From: Gemmatimonadales bacterium
GTDB taxonomy: Bacteria; Gemmatimonadota; Gemmatimonadetes; Gemmatimonadales; GWC2-71-9
NCBI GenBank assembly: GCA_041615815.1
Contig: JBFJCP010000012.1
Coordinates: 45,533 to 109,532, forward strand
Direction: 5' to 3'
DNA: 64,000 bases
Shown here: positions 9,074 to 18,595 of the stretch, piece by piece
Numbering within the stretch: position 1 is the stretch's first letter
How the letters are laid out: each line of letters opens with the position of its first letter
Position numbers and translations under genes: made by a program
Notes under the pieces: model-generated
What the model was told of the DNA's origin: nothing
The model's input: only the letters and a program-made list of their open reading frames with translations
Databases searched by the model: none

Positions 9074-11212
9074 TCAGCGTTCTTCCGTCTGCTCCGGAAT
9101 CTCGGCCAGTGCCGGCGCGAGCCCCCACGTGGGCAGCCAATCCGCCGTTGGGCGTCCGAGAAGAAACCCCTGCACGAGATCGCACCCTTCGTCCTGCATG
9201 CGTCGAAGTTGCTGCGACGTCTCGATGCCTTCCGCCACCACATCCAGGCCCAACCGATGGCCGAGGCCCACGATGGCGCCCGCGACCGAAGCGGTGCGCA
9301 GCCCGTGGTCCGACGTCCGGATGAAGGACTGGTCGATCTTGAGCACATCCACGGCAAAGCGCTCCAGATAGGCCAATGAGGAATACCCTGTGCCAAAATC
9401 ATCGACGGCGATTCGCACACCGAGGTCCTTCAGGCCGGCGAGGGCGGCGTTGGCGCGCTTCGTGTCTCGCATCAACGTGCTCTCGGTGATCTCCAGCTCC
9501 AGCATCTCCGGTGTGAGGTGTGCCGCCGCCAGCGTGTTCGCTACGGCAGACACGATATCATGTCGATCGAATTGGCGGGCGGAGAGATTGACGGCCATCC
9601 GCACGTCGTGCAATCCCGACTCCCGCCAGACCCGGAGCTGCTCGCATGCGGCCTGTAACACCCACTCGCCAACGCGCCCGATCAGACCCATGTCCTCGAG
9701 CAACGGCACGATCCGTCTGGGCGGAACGATGGTTCCGTCCGGACGTCGCCAGCGCAATAGAGCCTCGACCGCGACGATCTCGCCCGTGCGAAGATCCACC
9801 TGTGGTTGGTAGTGAAGCAGAAACTCCTTGCGTTCGACCGCGTGGAGCATCTCGCCCTCGAGCCGCAAGCGCACTCGAGCGGCACCGTCGTCCTCCGGTG
9901 TCGCCACCCGGTAGTGGTTGCGGCCGTTGCTCTTGGCGTTGTACATGGCGCCGTCCGCCGCCTTCAGGAGCCCCTCCACCGTGTCGGCCGCGTCGGGGTA
10001 TAGCGCGATCCCAATACTGGTGGTCACCGCCACCTCGCCACTCTGGATCTCGACGGGGAGCGAGAGCGCACCGAGAATGCGTTCCGCGACCTCCGTGGCC
10101 GCTCTCGGATCTGTAAGATCCTCGAGTAAGACCGCAAACTCGTCGCCACCCAAGCGCGCCACCGAGTCGGATTCTCGCACCGCAGAGCGCAAACGGGCCG
10201 CGATCTGCCTGAGGACCGCGTCTCCGCTGTCGTGTCCGAGCGTGTCGTTGATACGCTTGAAGCGGTCGAGGTCCAAAAACATCAAGCCGAGCACGGTATG
10301 CTGGCGCCGACAACGTGCGAGCGCGTGACCCACCCGATCCCGAAAGGACGCCCGGTTGGCCAAGCCCGTCAGATCGTCGTGATGGGCCATGTGCGCCAGC
10401 CGTCGTTCGGCGCGCTTTCGTTCGGTGGCGTAGCGCAGCGAGCGCTCCAAGGAGTGCGGGTCGACCCGGGTTTTCAACAGATAGTCCTGTGCCCCCAAAT
10501 GCACGGCTTGAACCGCAAGCGCGTCATCCTCGAGACCACTCAGGACGATGATGGCTGCGTCGGCCGCCGCTGTCTGCAGCTTGGTCACCGCATCGAGGCC
10601 TCGGGCATCGGGCAGGGTGAGATCCGCGATGATCACGTCATAGCTGGCACTTCGCAGCCGATCGATCCCATCGTCGAGTCGGGCAACGTGGTCGACCGTG
10701 GCCGAAGCCAATCGCGTGCGGGTGAGGAACCTCTCCACCAGGTCGACATCGGCAGGGTTCGCCTCGATGAGGAGAATCGAGTAGCAGCACGGCTCCACCA
10801 AGTCGCCGGGCTCAACCGGTCCCCAGCGACGGTGCAGCTCCACCGCATTGCGCAACGTGGCGGCGAGCTCGTCGTGTTCCCACGGCTTGCCGATGATCGA
10901 CACGATGGACCGGTCCGTGACATGATCGCGATGCAGATCCACATCAGGGAGGCCGGTGACAATCACGAATGCGGTTGAGGGTTGGATGGGCTGCAGTCGC
11001 CGAATGAGCGTGAGTCCGTCCATGCCGGGCATCCGCAGATCGGTGGCGATCACGGCGAACCGCTGCTGTGTGGCACGACCGAGCGCCTCGGCCCCCGTCG
11101 CGGCCGTTTCCACATCGAACCCGGCTTGGCGCATGCCCCGCGCAAAAGCTCTGCGGGCGGCCGCCTCGTCATCGACAAACAACACCTTGGCGGGGCCGGG
11201 TCGATCGATCAT
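9074..11212 (-). CDS. REC-REC-GGDEF-EAL c-di-GMP signalling protein
   Basis: Two receiver domains, RESD I-site, GGDEF, EAL and DDFGTGYSS motifs. Start approximate. Confidence 0.93.
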   Translation of the reverse strand: MIDRPGPAKVLFVDDEAAARRAFARGMRQAGFDVETAATGAEALGRATQQRFAVIATDLRMPGMDGLTLIRRLQPIQPSTAFVIVTGLPDVDLHRDHVTDRSIVSIIGKPWEHDELAATLRNAVELHRRWGPVEPGDLVEPCCYSILLIEANPADVDLVERFLTRTRLASATVDHVARLDDGIDRLRSASYDVIIADLTLPDARGLDAVTKLQTAAADAAIIVLSGLEDDALAVQAVHLGAQDYLLKTRVDPHSLERSLRYATERKRAERRLAHMAHHDDLTGLANRASFRDRVGHALARCRRQHTVLGLMFLDLDRFKRINDTLGHDSGDAVLRQIAARLRSAVRESDSVARLGGDEFAVLLEDLTDPRAATEVAERILGALSLPVEIQSGEVAVTTSIGIALYPDAADTVEGLLKAADGAMYNAKSNGRNHYRVATPEDDGAARVRLRLEGEMLHAVERKEFLLHYQPQVDLRTGEIVAVEALLRWRRPDGTIVPPRRIVPLLEDMGLIGRVGEWVLQAACEQLRVWRESGLHDVRMAVNLSARQFDRHDIVSAVANTLAAAHLTPEMLELEITESTLMRDTKRANAALAGLKDLGVRIAVDDFGTGYSSLAYLERFAVDVLKIDQSFIRTSDHGLRTASVAGAIVGLGHRLGLDVVAEGIETSQQLRRMQDEGCDLVQGFLLGRPTADWLPTWGLAPALAEIPEQTEER

Positions 11213-11379
11213 GTGGTCCGTTGCTGTTTGGACGGTCCACCCCCTCCCCGCCAACGCCGAGGGCGCTGGCGGCATCGGGGGAGACCGAAACGATGGTCGG
11301 GGGGTTGCCCCCGCCCGTCACGGCAACCGTGGATGTCCTCTGGAGTATCGACCGGCGGTCGGAGGAACTTGACGCGGAG

Positions 11380-13044
11380 TCAAACGCCGCCGGCCCGGCG
11401 GTGCTCCTCCTCCTTGAGCTCTCGCCGTAACAGCTTGCCTACCTTGGACTTTGGCAACATGTCGCGGAACTCGACATAGTCCGGGACCTCGTAGGGAAGG
11501 AGTCGTTCGCGGCAGTGCTGGAGGAGATCGAACGCCGTGACCCCGCGCGCGTCGCGATCGAGAATGACGAACGCCTTGACGTTTTCCCCCGCGACCCGAT
11601 CCGGCGACCCTACGACCGCCGCTGCCAGGACGGCGGGATGGTCGTGAAGGACCGATTCCACGCGTGAGGCCGACACGCGAAAGCCCTTGTGCTTGATCAA
11701 ATCCGCCCGACGGTCCACGAACTCGAGAGCACCGTCGTGGCCGAGTCGCACGTAATCTCCCGTACGACACCACGTGCGACCATCGATCGTGACGTACGTT
11801 CGATCCGTCTCTTCCACGTTCCGCCAATACCCCGCGTCCTCATACGAATACGGAGAGCCAACCAGCAACTCCCCCTCGGCGCCCGCGGCGACCGGCATCA
11901 TCGACTCGGGATCCACCACCCGCACGTCACGAGTCGGAATGATCTGTCCAACCTGGTGGGGGTGGGGCTCGTGGTCGAGCGCGCTCGCCGAGATGCAGAC
12001 CGTCTCCGTGGAGCCGTACACCTGATGAATCGGAAGTCCCGTATGGCGTCGCCACGCCGCCGCGGTTTCCGCGGGAAGCACGTCGCCGGCGCTCCAGCAG
12101 TATCGCAGCGAGCCAATATCGTACATACCCAGACGCTGGTTATCCAACAGGCGGCGGTAGAGGGCTGGGACCCCAACGAGCAGGGTGGCGCGATGCCGCT
12201 CGATGGCTGCTAGCACCGCATCCGCTCCGGGGATCGGGAGGATCTCGGCCGCACTCCCTAGGTGCAGAGCGAGCGCCCAGAGCATATCCTGGGTAAACAT
12301 GTGAAACAGCGGAAGCCCGACGATCACGACGTGTCCCGCCTCACCCAACGCGCGTCGGTACATCTCCCGCAATCCGATGATGCCACTGAGCAACTCGGCG
12401 TGCGCATGTGGCACACCCTTGGGAAATCCGGTGGTGCCTCCCGTGTAGAGAATATGCGCCAGCTGACCTCCGGCATGCGCGGTGGGCGCATGCCGCCTCG
12501 TGGGCTTGCGACGAAGGATCGCCGAAAAATCGTGCACCCCTGAATCACGCTGGACGGTCCCCGTCGGCACGCGGTTCAGCGCCACGCCCAACCAACGCTT
12601 CCACCACGGCAACAGGTCGCTGACTCGCGTGACGACGATCGCCGTGACGCCGGTCTGCGGCGCTACTTCCCGGACATAGCCGAAATTCGTATCGCTACAG
12701 AACACCACGCGAGCACCGGCGTTCTGAATGAGGTAGCGCAACTCATGCGGCGTGTAGATATGGGAGACCGGAACGGGAACTGCCTCGGCAAGCTGGAGTC
12801 CCAGATACGTCACGACCCATTGGGGACAGTTGGGAAGATAGAGCAGCGCCCGTTCGTCTTTTTCAATTCCCAGCCCGCTCGCTGCGTCCGCCAATCGCTG
12901 AAGCAGATCCCACAGCTCGCGGTAGGTGAAGCGCTGACCCAAGAAAATGATCGCCGAACGCTTCGGATAACGCTGCGCCATCTCCTCGATCCGGTGGAGG
13001 ATCGTCCCTTCGTGGCTGATCATGCGGTGGAGTTCCCCGATCAT
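11380..13044 (-). CDS. Acyl-CoA synthetase (AMP-forming)
   Basis: YTGGTTGFPKG, YGSTE, RTGD and LPKSKVGK motifs; ATGA overlap with the upstream ATPase gene. Confidence 0.92.
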   Translation of the reverse strand: MIGELHRMISHEGTILHRIEEMAQRYPKRSAIIFLGQRFTYRELWDLLQRLADAASGLGIEKDERALLYLPNCPQWVVTYLGLQLAEAVPVPVSHIYTPHELRYLIQNAGARVVFCSDTNFGYVREVAPQTGVTAIVVTRVSDLLPWWKRWLGVALNRVPTGTVQRDSGVHDFSAILRRKPTRRHAPTAHAGGQLAHILYTGGTTGFPKGVPHAHAELLSGIIGLREMYRRALGEAGHVVIVGLPLFHMFTQDMLWALALHLGSAAEILPIPGADAVLAAIERHRATLLVGVPALYRRLLDNQRLGMYDIGSLRYCWSAGDVLPAETAAAWRRHTGLPIHQVYGSTETVCISASALDHEPHPHQVGQIIPTRDVRVVDPESMMPVAAGAEGELLVGSPYSYEDAGYWRNVEETDRTYVTIDGRTWCRTGDYVRLGHDGALEFVDRRADLIKHKGFRVSASRVESVLHDHPAVLAAAVVGSPDRVAGENVKAFVILDRDARGVTAFDLLQHCRERLLPYEVPDYVEFRDMLPKSKVGKLLRRELKEEEHRRAGGV

Positions 13045-13799
13045 GCGCCAAAATAGGCCGCCCGGACGTGAGGATTTCGCATCAGCTCCCCTCCCGTACC
13101 GCTCAGGGTGATACTCCCTCCCTCCATCACATAGCCCCGATCCACGATGGGCAGCACGGGACGAGCATACTGCTCCGTGATGAGCACCGTCGTGCCCCGT
13201 TGTGCGATTTCTCGAATGGCCGCGATCACGCGAACTTGGACCATGGGCGACAGACCGAGGAGCGGCTCGTCCACCAGAAAGAGCGTGGGACCGGCCATGA
13301 GCGCACGCCCAATCGCCAGCATCTGCTGTTCTCCTCCGCTCAAGAAACCGGCCGGCCGCGACCGCAGGTCGAACAGATCGGGGAACAGATCCCACACGAA
13401 CCGGAGGCGGTCCGCGATCGTACGGCGCGGCGCTCGAAATGCGCCTATCAGGAGATTCTCCGCTACCGTGCTCTCGGCAAAGACACGCCGCCGCTCGGGG
13501 CACAACACCAAGCCGCGCACCACCCGTGGGTGGGGACGAAGCGTGGTGATATCCTCGTCCCCATACTGGACCGTGCCAAGGATCGTGATTCGTTCACCCC
13601 CCCGCCGCTCCTCCCGCACCGCACGTTCCAACAGGAGACCCGACAGGGCATACATGAGCGTCGACTTCCCCGCACCATTGGAACCCAGCACTCCGACCAC
13701 CTCGCCACGCCGAACCACCAAGGTCACATTGTTGACCGCTACCGCGTTCTCGTAAAACACCAGCAGATCGGTGGCGCGCAACAATTCAGACCTCGGCAC
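13041..13799 (-). CDS. Liv-type ABC transporter ATP-binding protein (LivF-like)
   Basis: GSNGAGKS, LSGGEQQMLAIGRAL, VDEPLLGL. Confidence 0.92.
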   Translation of the reverse strand: MPRSELLRATDLLVFYENAVAVNNVTLVVRRGEVVGVLGSNGAGKSTLMYALSGLLLERAVREERRGGERITILGTVQYGDEDITTLRPHPRVVRGLVLCPERRRVFAESTVAENLLIGAFRAPRRTIADRLRFVWDLFPDLFDLRSRPAGFLSGGEQQMLAIGRALMAGPTLFLVDEPLLGLSPMVQVRVIAAIREIAQRGTTVLITEQYARPVLPIVDRGYVMEGGSITLSGTGGELMRNPHVRAAYFGA

Positions 13800-14562
13800 C
13801 AAGGTACATCTCGCGCACGTCGCTATCGGCGGCGATCTCTGTTGGTGACCCTTCCAGAACCTTGCGCCCATCGTGGAGCACGACGATCCACTCCGCAACG
13901 CGAAATAGCTCTCGCAAACGATGCTCCACGAGAATGAGACTCACGCCACGCACCTGCAGCTTCTCGAGCAGCGGGAGGAGGCTGGCAATCTCCGACGGGC
14001 TCAGACCGGAGAATAGCTCGTCAGTGATGATGACCTCCGGATCGAGGGCGAGGCAGCGGGCCAGCTCCAAGCGTCGCAGGTACCCCTGGGGCAATGCCGC
14101 CGCCGTCTGGTGGGGAACGGCGGAGTCCCGTTCAAAACCAACCTCCTCCAACAAATCCATCGCCGTTGCCGCCCGCGATCCGAACCCGCCACCACGCGAC
14201 CGGCCACGTACCCGACCCGAACACAATGCGACGATGAGGGTCTCGACCGCCGAGAGCTTGTGAAAGGGACGCGCAGTCTGAAACGTTCGGGCGATCCCAA
14301 ACCCGACGATGTCTTCGGGAGATCGGTCCGTGATATCGACGTCTCGCAGCCTGACGGAACCGGAGTCGGCGCGGACGAATCCCGAGAGGACGTTGACCAA
14401 CGTCGTCTTCCCCGATCCATTGGGACCGATGATGCCAACGGTGGCCCCCCGGGGCACCATCAAACTCACTCCGTCCAGCGCGAGCAATCCGCCAAACTGC
14501 TTGGAGAGGTTCGCAATGCGGAGCAGCGGCTCGCGCGGGTCGGCCCTCACACGTCCACCCAT
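13786..14562 (-). CDS. Liv-type ABC transporter ATP-binding protein (LivG-like)
   Basis: GPNGSGKT, GIARTFQ, RRLELAR, YLG C-terminus. Confidence 0.92.
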   Translation of the reverse strand: MGGRVRADPREPLLRIANLSKQFGGLLALDGVSLMVPRGATVGIIGPNGSGKTTLVNVLSGFVRADSGSVRLRDVDITDRSPEDIVGFGIARTFQTARPFHKLSAVETLIVALCSGRVRGRSRGGGFGSRAATAMDLLEEVGFERDSAVPHQTAAALPQGYLRRLELARCLALDPEVIITDELFSGLSPSEIASLLPLLEKLQVRGVSLILVEHRLRELFRVAEWIVVLHDGRKVLEGSPTEIAADSDVREMYLGAEV

Positions 14563-15587
14563 CGTTCCACTTGTTCGTAGCGTCGACGCAGATACGGCAC
14601 CAGGCCGTCCGGCTTCCAGAGAATCATCAGGACGAGCAGCCCGCTGTAGACGACGATCCGCAGGGACCCCAGATCACGGGCGGCCTCCGATAGGGGGAGA
14701 AGCAGAAACGCGCCCAGGACCGGCCCGGCGAGCGTTCCGACCCCACCAACGACAGCCGCCGCAATGGGCAGTATCGAGAGATCGAGCGCGAAGGCGGAGA
14801 GTCCGGCAACCATGTACAGGTGGGTGAAATACGCACCGGCAAAGGCCCCCAACGCCGCGGCCACGAAGACGGCCACCACCCGATAGCGCGTCACGGCAAT
14901 TCCACTGGCTCGCACCGCGAGATCGTCGTCACCCACGGCCCGGAGCACGAGACCAACGTCCGTGACCAGCATTCGGCGAAGCGCAAACACCGCCGTGACC
15001 ACGACGACCAGGATCAGCAGACGTTCTATCCAGGGATGCGGAAGTGGTTCGATGCCCAGAAGCCCATCGGTGCCGCCAAACACCGCCGTGGCCTCGATGA
15101 TCCGTGCAAAGAGCAGCGGATAGACCAACGTGGTCATCGAAAAGTAGATGCCTCGCAAGGAGAGACACGGGAGCAGCAACAAGGTCGACAATGCAGCTCC
15201 CACCAGCGTGGCGAGAATCAATCCCACCAGCGGGTCGGCCCCGAGGCGGTTCCAGAGCGCGGCACTATAGGCACCGACACCGAAGAACAGGGCCTGGCCC
15301 AGGGACACGAGACCGGTGGTGCCGGCGAGAAAGTCCCAGCTCAGCGCCAAGAGCCCGTACAGACCCGCGATGGTGATGATGCGCTGGACGTACGGATTCG
15401 GCACCAGCACTGCGACCGCGAACAGCACGACGATCGGCACCACACGCGGGGCAAGCAGGTACGCGAGATACCGAACCGACGTCAGGGCATTGAGGTCGTC
15501 GGTCAGGACCTTGATGGGACGCTCGAGGCGCTCGCGGCGGCGTGACAACGGACTAGAGCCGCTCCTCAAGCGCGTGTTGTTGACCAA
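14547..15587 (-). CDS. Liv-type ABC transporter permease (LivM-like)
   Basis: GLVSLGQALFFGVGAY, LRGIYF, VVGGVGTLAGPVLGA. Confidence 0.9.
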   Translation of the reverse strand: MVNNTRLRSGSSPLSRRRERLERPIKVLTDDLNALTSVRYLAYLLAPRVVPIVVLFAVAVLVPNPYVQRIITIAGLYGLLALSWDFLAGTTGLVSLGQALFFGVGAYSAALWNRLGADPLVGLILATLVGAALSTLLLLPCLSLRGIYFSMTTLVYPLLFARIIEATAVFGGTDGLLGIEPLPHPWIERLLILVVVVTAVFALRRMLVTDVGLVLRAVGDDDLAVRASGIAVTRYRVVAVFVAAALGAFAGAYFTHLYMVAGLSAFALDLSILPIAAAVVGGVGTLAGPVLGAFLLLPLSEAARDLGSLRIVVYSGLLVLMILWKPDGLVPYLRRRYEQVERWVDV

Positions 15588-16425
15588 ACAAGCCGGAGGG
15601 GCGGATCATGAGCGTCAGCAAGATGGCGAGCAACGCCACGATCATCTGGAAGTGCGGCCCCAATACCGTCACTGATACGATCTGCACGTATCCAATCAGC
15701 AAGCTCGCGACGATGACACCCATGGTGCTCCCCAACCCGCCCACGATGCAGACGGCGATGGCCGTGATCAGGACGTTGCCACCCGACTCCGCGCCGAGAA
15801 AGCTCAAGGGAACGAGCAAGACGGCCGCGACCCCCGCGAGACCCGCACCGAGCGCCACGCTCAGCGTCGCCGCTCGGTCCGCATCGATACCCACCGTCAT
15901 CGCCGCCTCTTCGTCCTGCGCGATCGCCCGAAGCGACAGTCCCATGCGCGTGCGGTGACTGAACCACCACAGCCCCGCTCCGAGCAGAAGGCCCGCAGCC
16001 ACGACCATGATGCGCTGCGCGTCCACGGGCACCCCGAGAATCTCCAAGCGCCGTGCCGTGAACGGTGCAAGCCCGAAATTCGTCCCGAAGAACCCCAGAA
16101 AACGCATGAACTCGAGCGCCGTGATCCCGAGCGCGAACGTCACAATGACCTCAGCCAGTGGCAACCCGCGCACCCGAAGCAACACGTATCGATATAACAC
16201 CACGCCCAGCGCCGCTGTCGCGGCAATCGCCAGTGGGGCCGCGAGCGCGTATGGCAGCCCCGCCCGCTGCAACAGTATCCACGCCGTGAAACCGCCGATC
16301 ACATAGAGCGCACCGTGGGCAAAATTGGCGATTCGACTGATGCCGTAGGTCACCGAAAAGCCAATCGCCGTGAGCGCCAAGATGGCGCTATTGATGAGGC
16401 CATAGATTACGAGGGATACGATCAT
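15553..16425 (-). CDS. Liv-type ABC transporter permease (LivH-like)
   Basis: NFAHG, GLSLRAIAQD, IVGGLGS, RPSGLFG. Confidence 0.92.
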   Translation of the reverse strand: MIVSLVIYGLINSAILALTAIGFSVTYGISRIANFAHGALYVIGGFTAWILLQRAGLPYALAAPLAIAATAALGVVLYRYVLLRVRGLPLAEVIVTFALGITALEFMRFLGFFGTNFGLAPFTARRLEILGVPVDAQRIMVVAAGLLLGAGLWWFSHRTRMGLSLRAIAQDEEAAMTVGIDADRAATLSVALGAGLAGVAAVLLVPLSFLGAESGGNVLITAIAVCIVGGLGSTMGVIVASLLIGYVQIVSVTVLGPHFQMIVALLAILLTLMIRPSGLFGQQHALEERL

Positions 16426-16432
16426 CGCGGTG

Positions 16433-17716
16433 TCATTGACTCACCCGCTCGGGGCGTAACCACGGAGGGATCCGCACGTTCCCTCGGGAAATGGTGGGCG
16501 GCCACACCACGACTCGCTCACCTGCCTGCCACTGAAACCACGTGCTCACGGCCCCCTCGGCGGGGTCATAACTCGGCCGAACCTGATGGTCGCTGGGATC
16601 GAAGCGGATCCGTCCATACACACTCTGCAGATCCGTCGCCTCCAACGCGCGCACGAGCGCATCCGGTTCGAGGGTGCCGGCTCGCTCGATCGCATCCTTG
16701 AGGACATACACCGCCGTGTAACTACTCGCCGTCCCGTAGCCCTCCGGCTCCACGCCCCACCGAGCCCGGTAGGCATCGTAAAACGGCATGGTCAGTGGGG
16801 TCGCCTCCGACGGCGCATTGCCCGCGTTGGCGGGGGACGTGACCCAAAACTCCACCGCCCCCCCGGTCGCCTCCCAGGCACCGGGTTGCTCGACGGCGCT
16901 CGAAATACCCGCAATGGGAAGCACGGGAATCTCGAGATCGTGCCATTGTTTGACGAGAACGGCGATTTCGGGGTGGTCCATCCACACGAACAAGAGTTGC
17001 GCACCACTCGCCCGTGCCTTGAGCAGGCCGGTGGAATAGTCGCCGGTCCCGGTAGGATACACTTCGTTTCCCAGCAACTGCCATCCGCGCTCCCGTAGAC
17101 GCGTCGCAACGATCTCGCCGATGGCACGCGCGTGGGCAACGTCCTGTACCATCAGGTAGGCGCGGTCAAATCCAAAGCGCCTCCGCACGGCCTCGAACAG
17201 ATCCACCGCTTCTCCCGCAAGCGTGACCGCGTCGCTCGTAATGCGAAACAGATATCGATAGCGGTCGTAATCTTCGGCGATACGGCGGTTGTACGCGGGA
17301 GACAGGGCGCCAGTGGTCAAGATCGAGACGGTCCGGTGACGAGCCACGATGTCCATCGCCGCCAGCGCTGCCTCCGAACGCGTGGGTCCACCGAGAAGCA
17401 CATCGACTCGCTTCTCGAGGAGCAGCTTCTCGACCACCAACAGCGCCTCCGAAAGCGGCACCCCGGGCTCGAGATCCCGCGTGTCCAGGACCTCGAGCCG
17501 GAAAGGCCGGGATGAGTCACCGACCTGAACGCCGCCACGCGCGTTGATCTGTTCGATGGCGAGCTGCATGCCCCGCTGCGCATCCCACCCGTACAGGTAC
17601 TGCGTGGACAGCGGCGCCCCGATCACAATGGCGTGGTCTGCCTCTCGCGAAGTTCCGCACGCGAGGCTCGCGCCCACGAGAAGCAACGAGAGTCGCCCGA
17701 AGCGCATGGTCAGCAT
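16433..17716 (-). CDS. Liv-type ABC substrate-binding lipoprotein
   Basis: Lipobox SLAC; LAIEQINARGG; AIERAGT; operon context. Confidence 0.88.
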   Translation of the reverse strand: MLTMRFGRLSLLLVGASLACGTSREADHAIVIGAPLSTQYLYGWDAQRGMQLAIEQINARGGVQVGDSSRPFRLEVLDTRDLEPGVPLSEALLVVEKLLLEKRVDVLLGGPTRSEAALAAMDIVARHRTVSILTTGALSPAYNRRIAEDYDRYRYLFRITSDAVTLAGEAVDLFEAVRRRFGFDRAYLMVQDVAHARAIGEIVATRLRERGWQLLGNEVYPTGTGDYSTGLLKARASGAQLLFVWMDHPEIAVLVKQWHDLEIPVLPIAGISSAVEQPGAWEATGGAVEFWVTSPANAGNAPSEATPLTMPFYDAYRARWGVEPEGYGTASSYTAVYVLKDAIERAGTLEPDALVRALEATDLQSVYGRIRFDPSDHQVRPSYDPAEGAVSTWFQWQAGERVVVWPPTISRGNVRIPPWLRPERVSQ

Positions 17717-17854
17717 CACCCCCCTACCGTGGACACAAAGAGGTAGGACCTCACGCGCCCGGTCAAGCCAGCAGTGCCTTCTGCGCATTACCTTTGGGAC
17801 ACGCTCCCGCAGGATCCGTCAGATCTGCCAGTCAGGCCCTTCGACGGAGGTCAC

Positions 17855-18451
17855 ATGTCGTTTCGAGGTGCCGGCACCTTCGCTCTGCTCACTGCCGTGG
17901 CGCCATACGCGCAGGCACAAATTCGCCCAACCATGGATATCGAGAGTCTCGAGGTCATTCCGGCCGTGCTCGTGGTGGTGGAGGGTATCACCGCTGATGC
18001 GGAAGCGGATGGACTCTCCGCCACGGATCTCCGCCAGGGCGTCGAGAACATGTTGCACCACGCCGGCATCGCGACGCTGAGCGAGAAGGCCTGGTCGGAT
18101 CTGATCGGGAACCCGGCGCTGCAGCTCAGCTTCCAGCTGCTCAAGGCATCCCCGCATCTCTACCTCTACACGGCCACGGTCGAACTCAGACAACTCACGG
18201 TGCTGGTCCGGGATTCAACCAAAGGGGCGTGGACGAGGACCTGGTCCGCCGGCTCCCTGCTCGGGACCCGCCCGACGGCAAACCTGCCGTCGCTCGAACT
18301 GGACGTGCGGACTCTGGTTCGACGCTTCATCACGGAATATGCACGAGCCATGGAACGCCGGGGCGTACCACACGATCTCCGCGCGCCGACCGCGCCGGCT
18401 GGCGTGGTCAAGACCGCCGCTAGGGACACCGGACGGACCGAGGGCGAATAA
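17855..18451 (+). CDS. Exported hypothetical protein
   Basis: GGAGG RBS, signal peptide ending AQA, globular-looking sequence. Confidence 0.65.
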   Translation: MSFRGAGTFALLTAVAPYAQAQIRPTMDIESLEVIPAVLVVVEGITADAEADGLSATDLRQGVENMLHHAGIATLSEKAWSDLIGNPALQLSFQLLKASPHLYLYTATVELRQLTVLVRDSTKGAWTRTWSAGSLLGTRPTANLPSLELDVRTLVRRFITEYARAMERRGVPHDLRAPTAPAGVVKTAARDTGRTEGE

Positions 18452-18595
18452 CCGCCCGCTCGGGCCTCAAGAACAGCTACACCGTCAGGGCAGTGGCGCC
18501 TTTTGCGCAACTTCGCCCCTTCACGTTTCACCCCACTGTGATGGGCACCACAGAGCCCGACTCTAACCACCACGCAAATAGAGGTCTTCCTCTTT

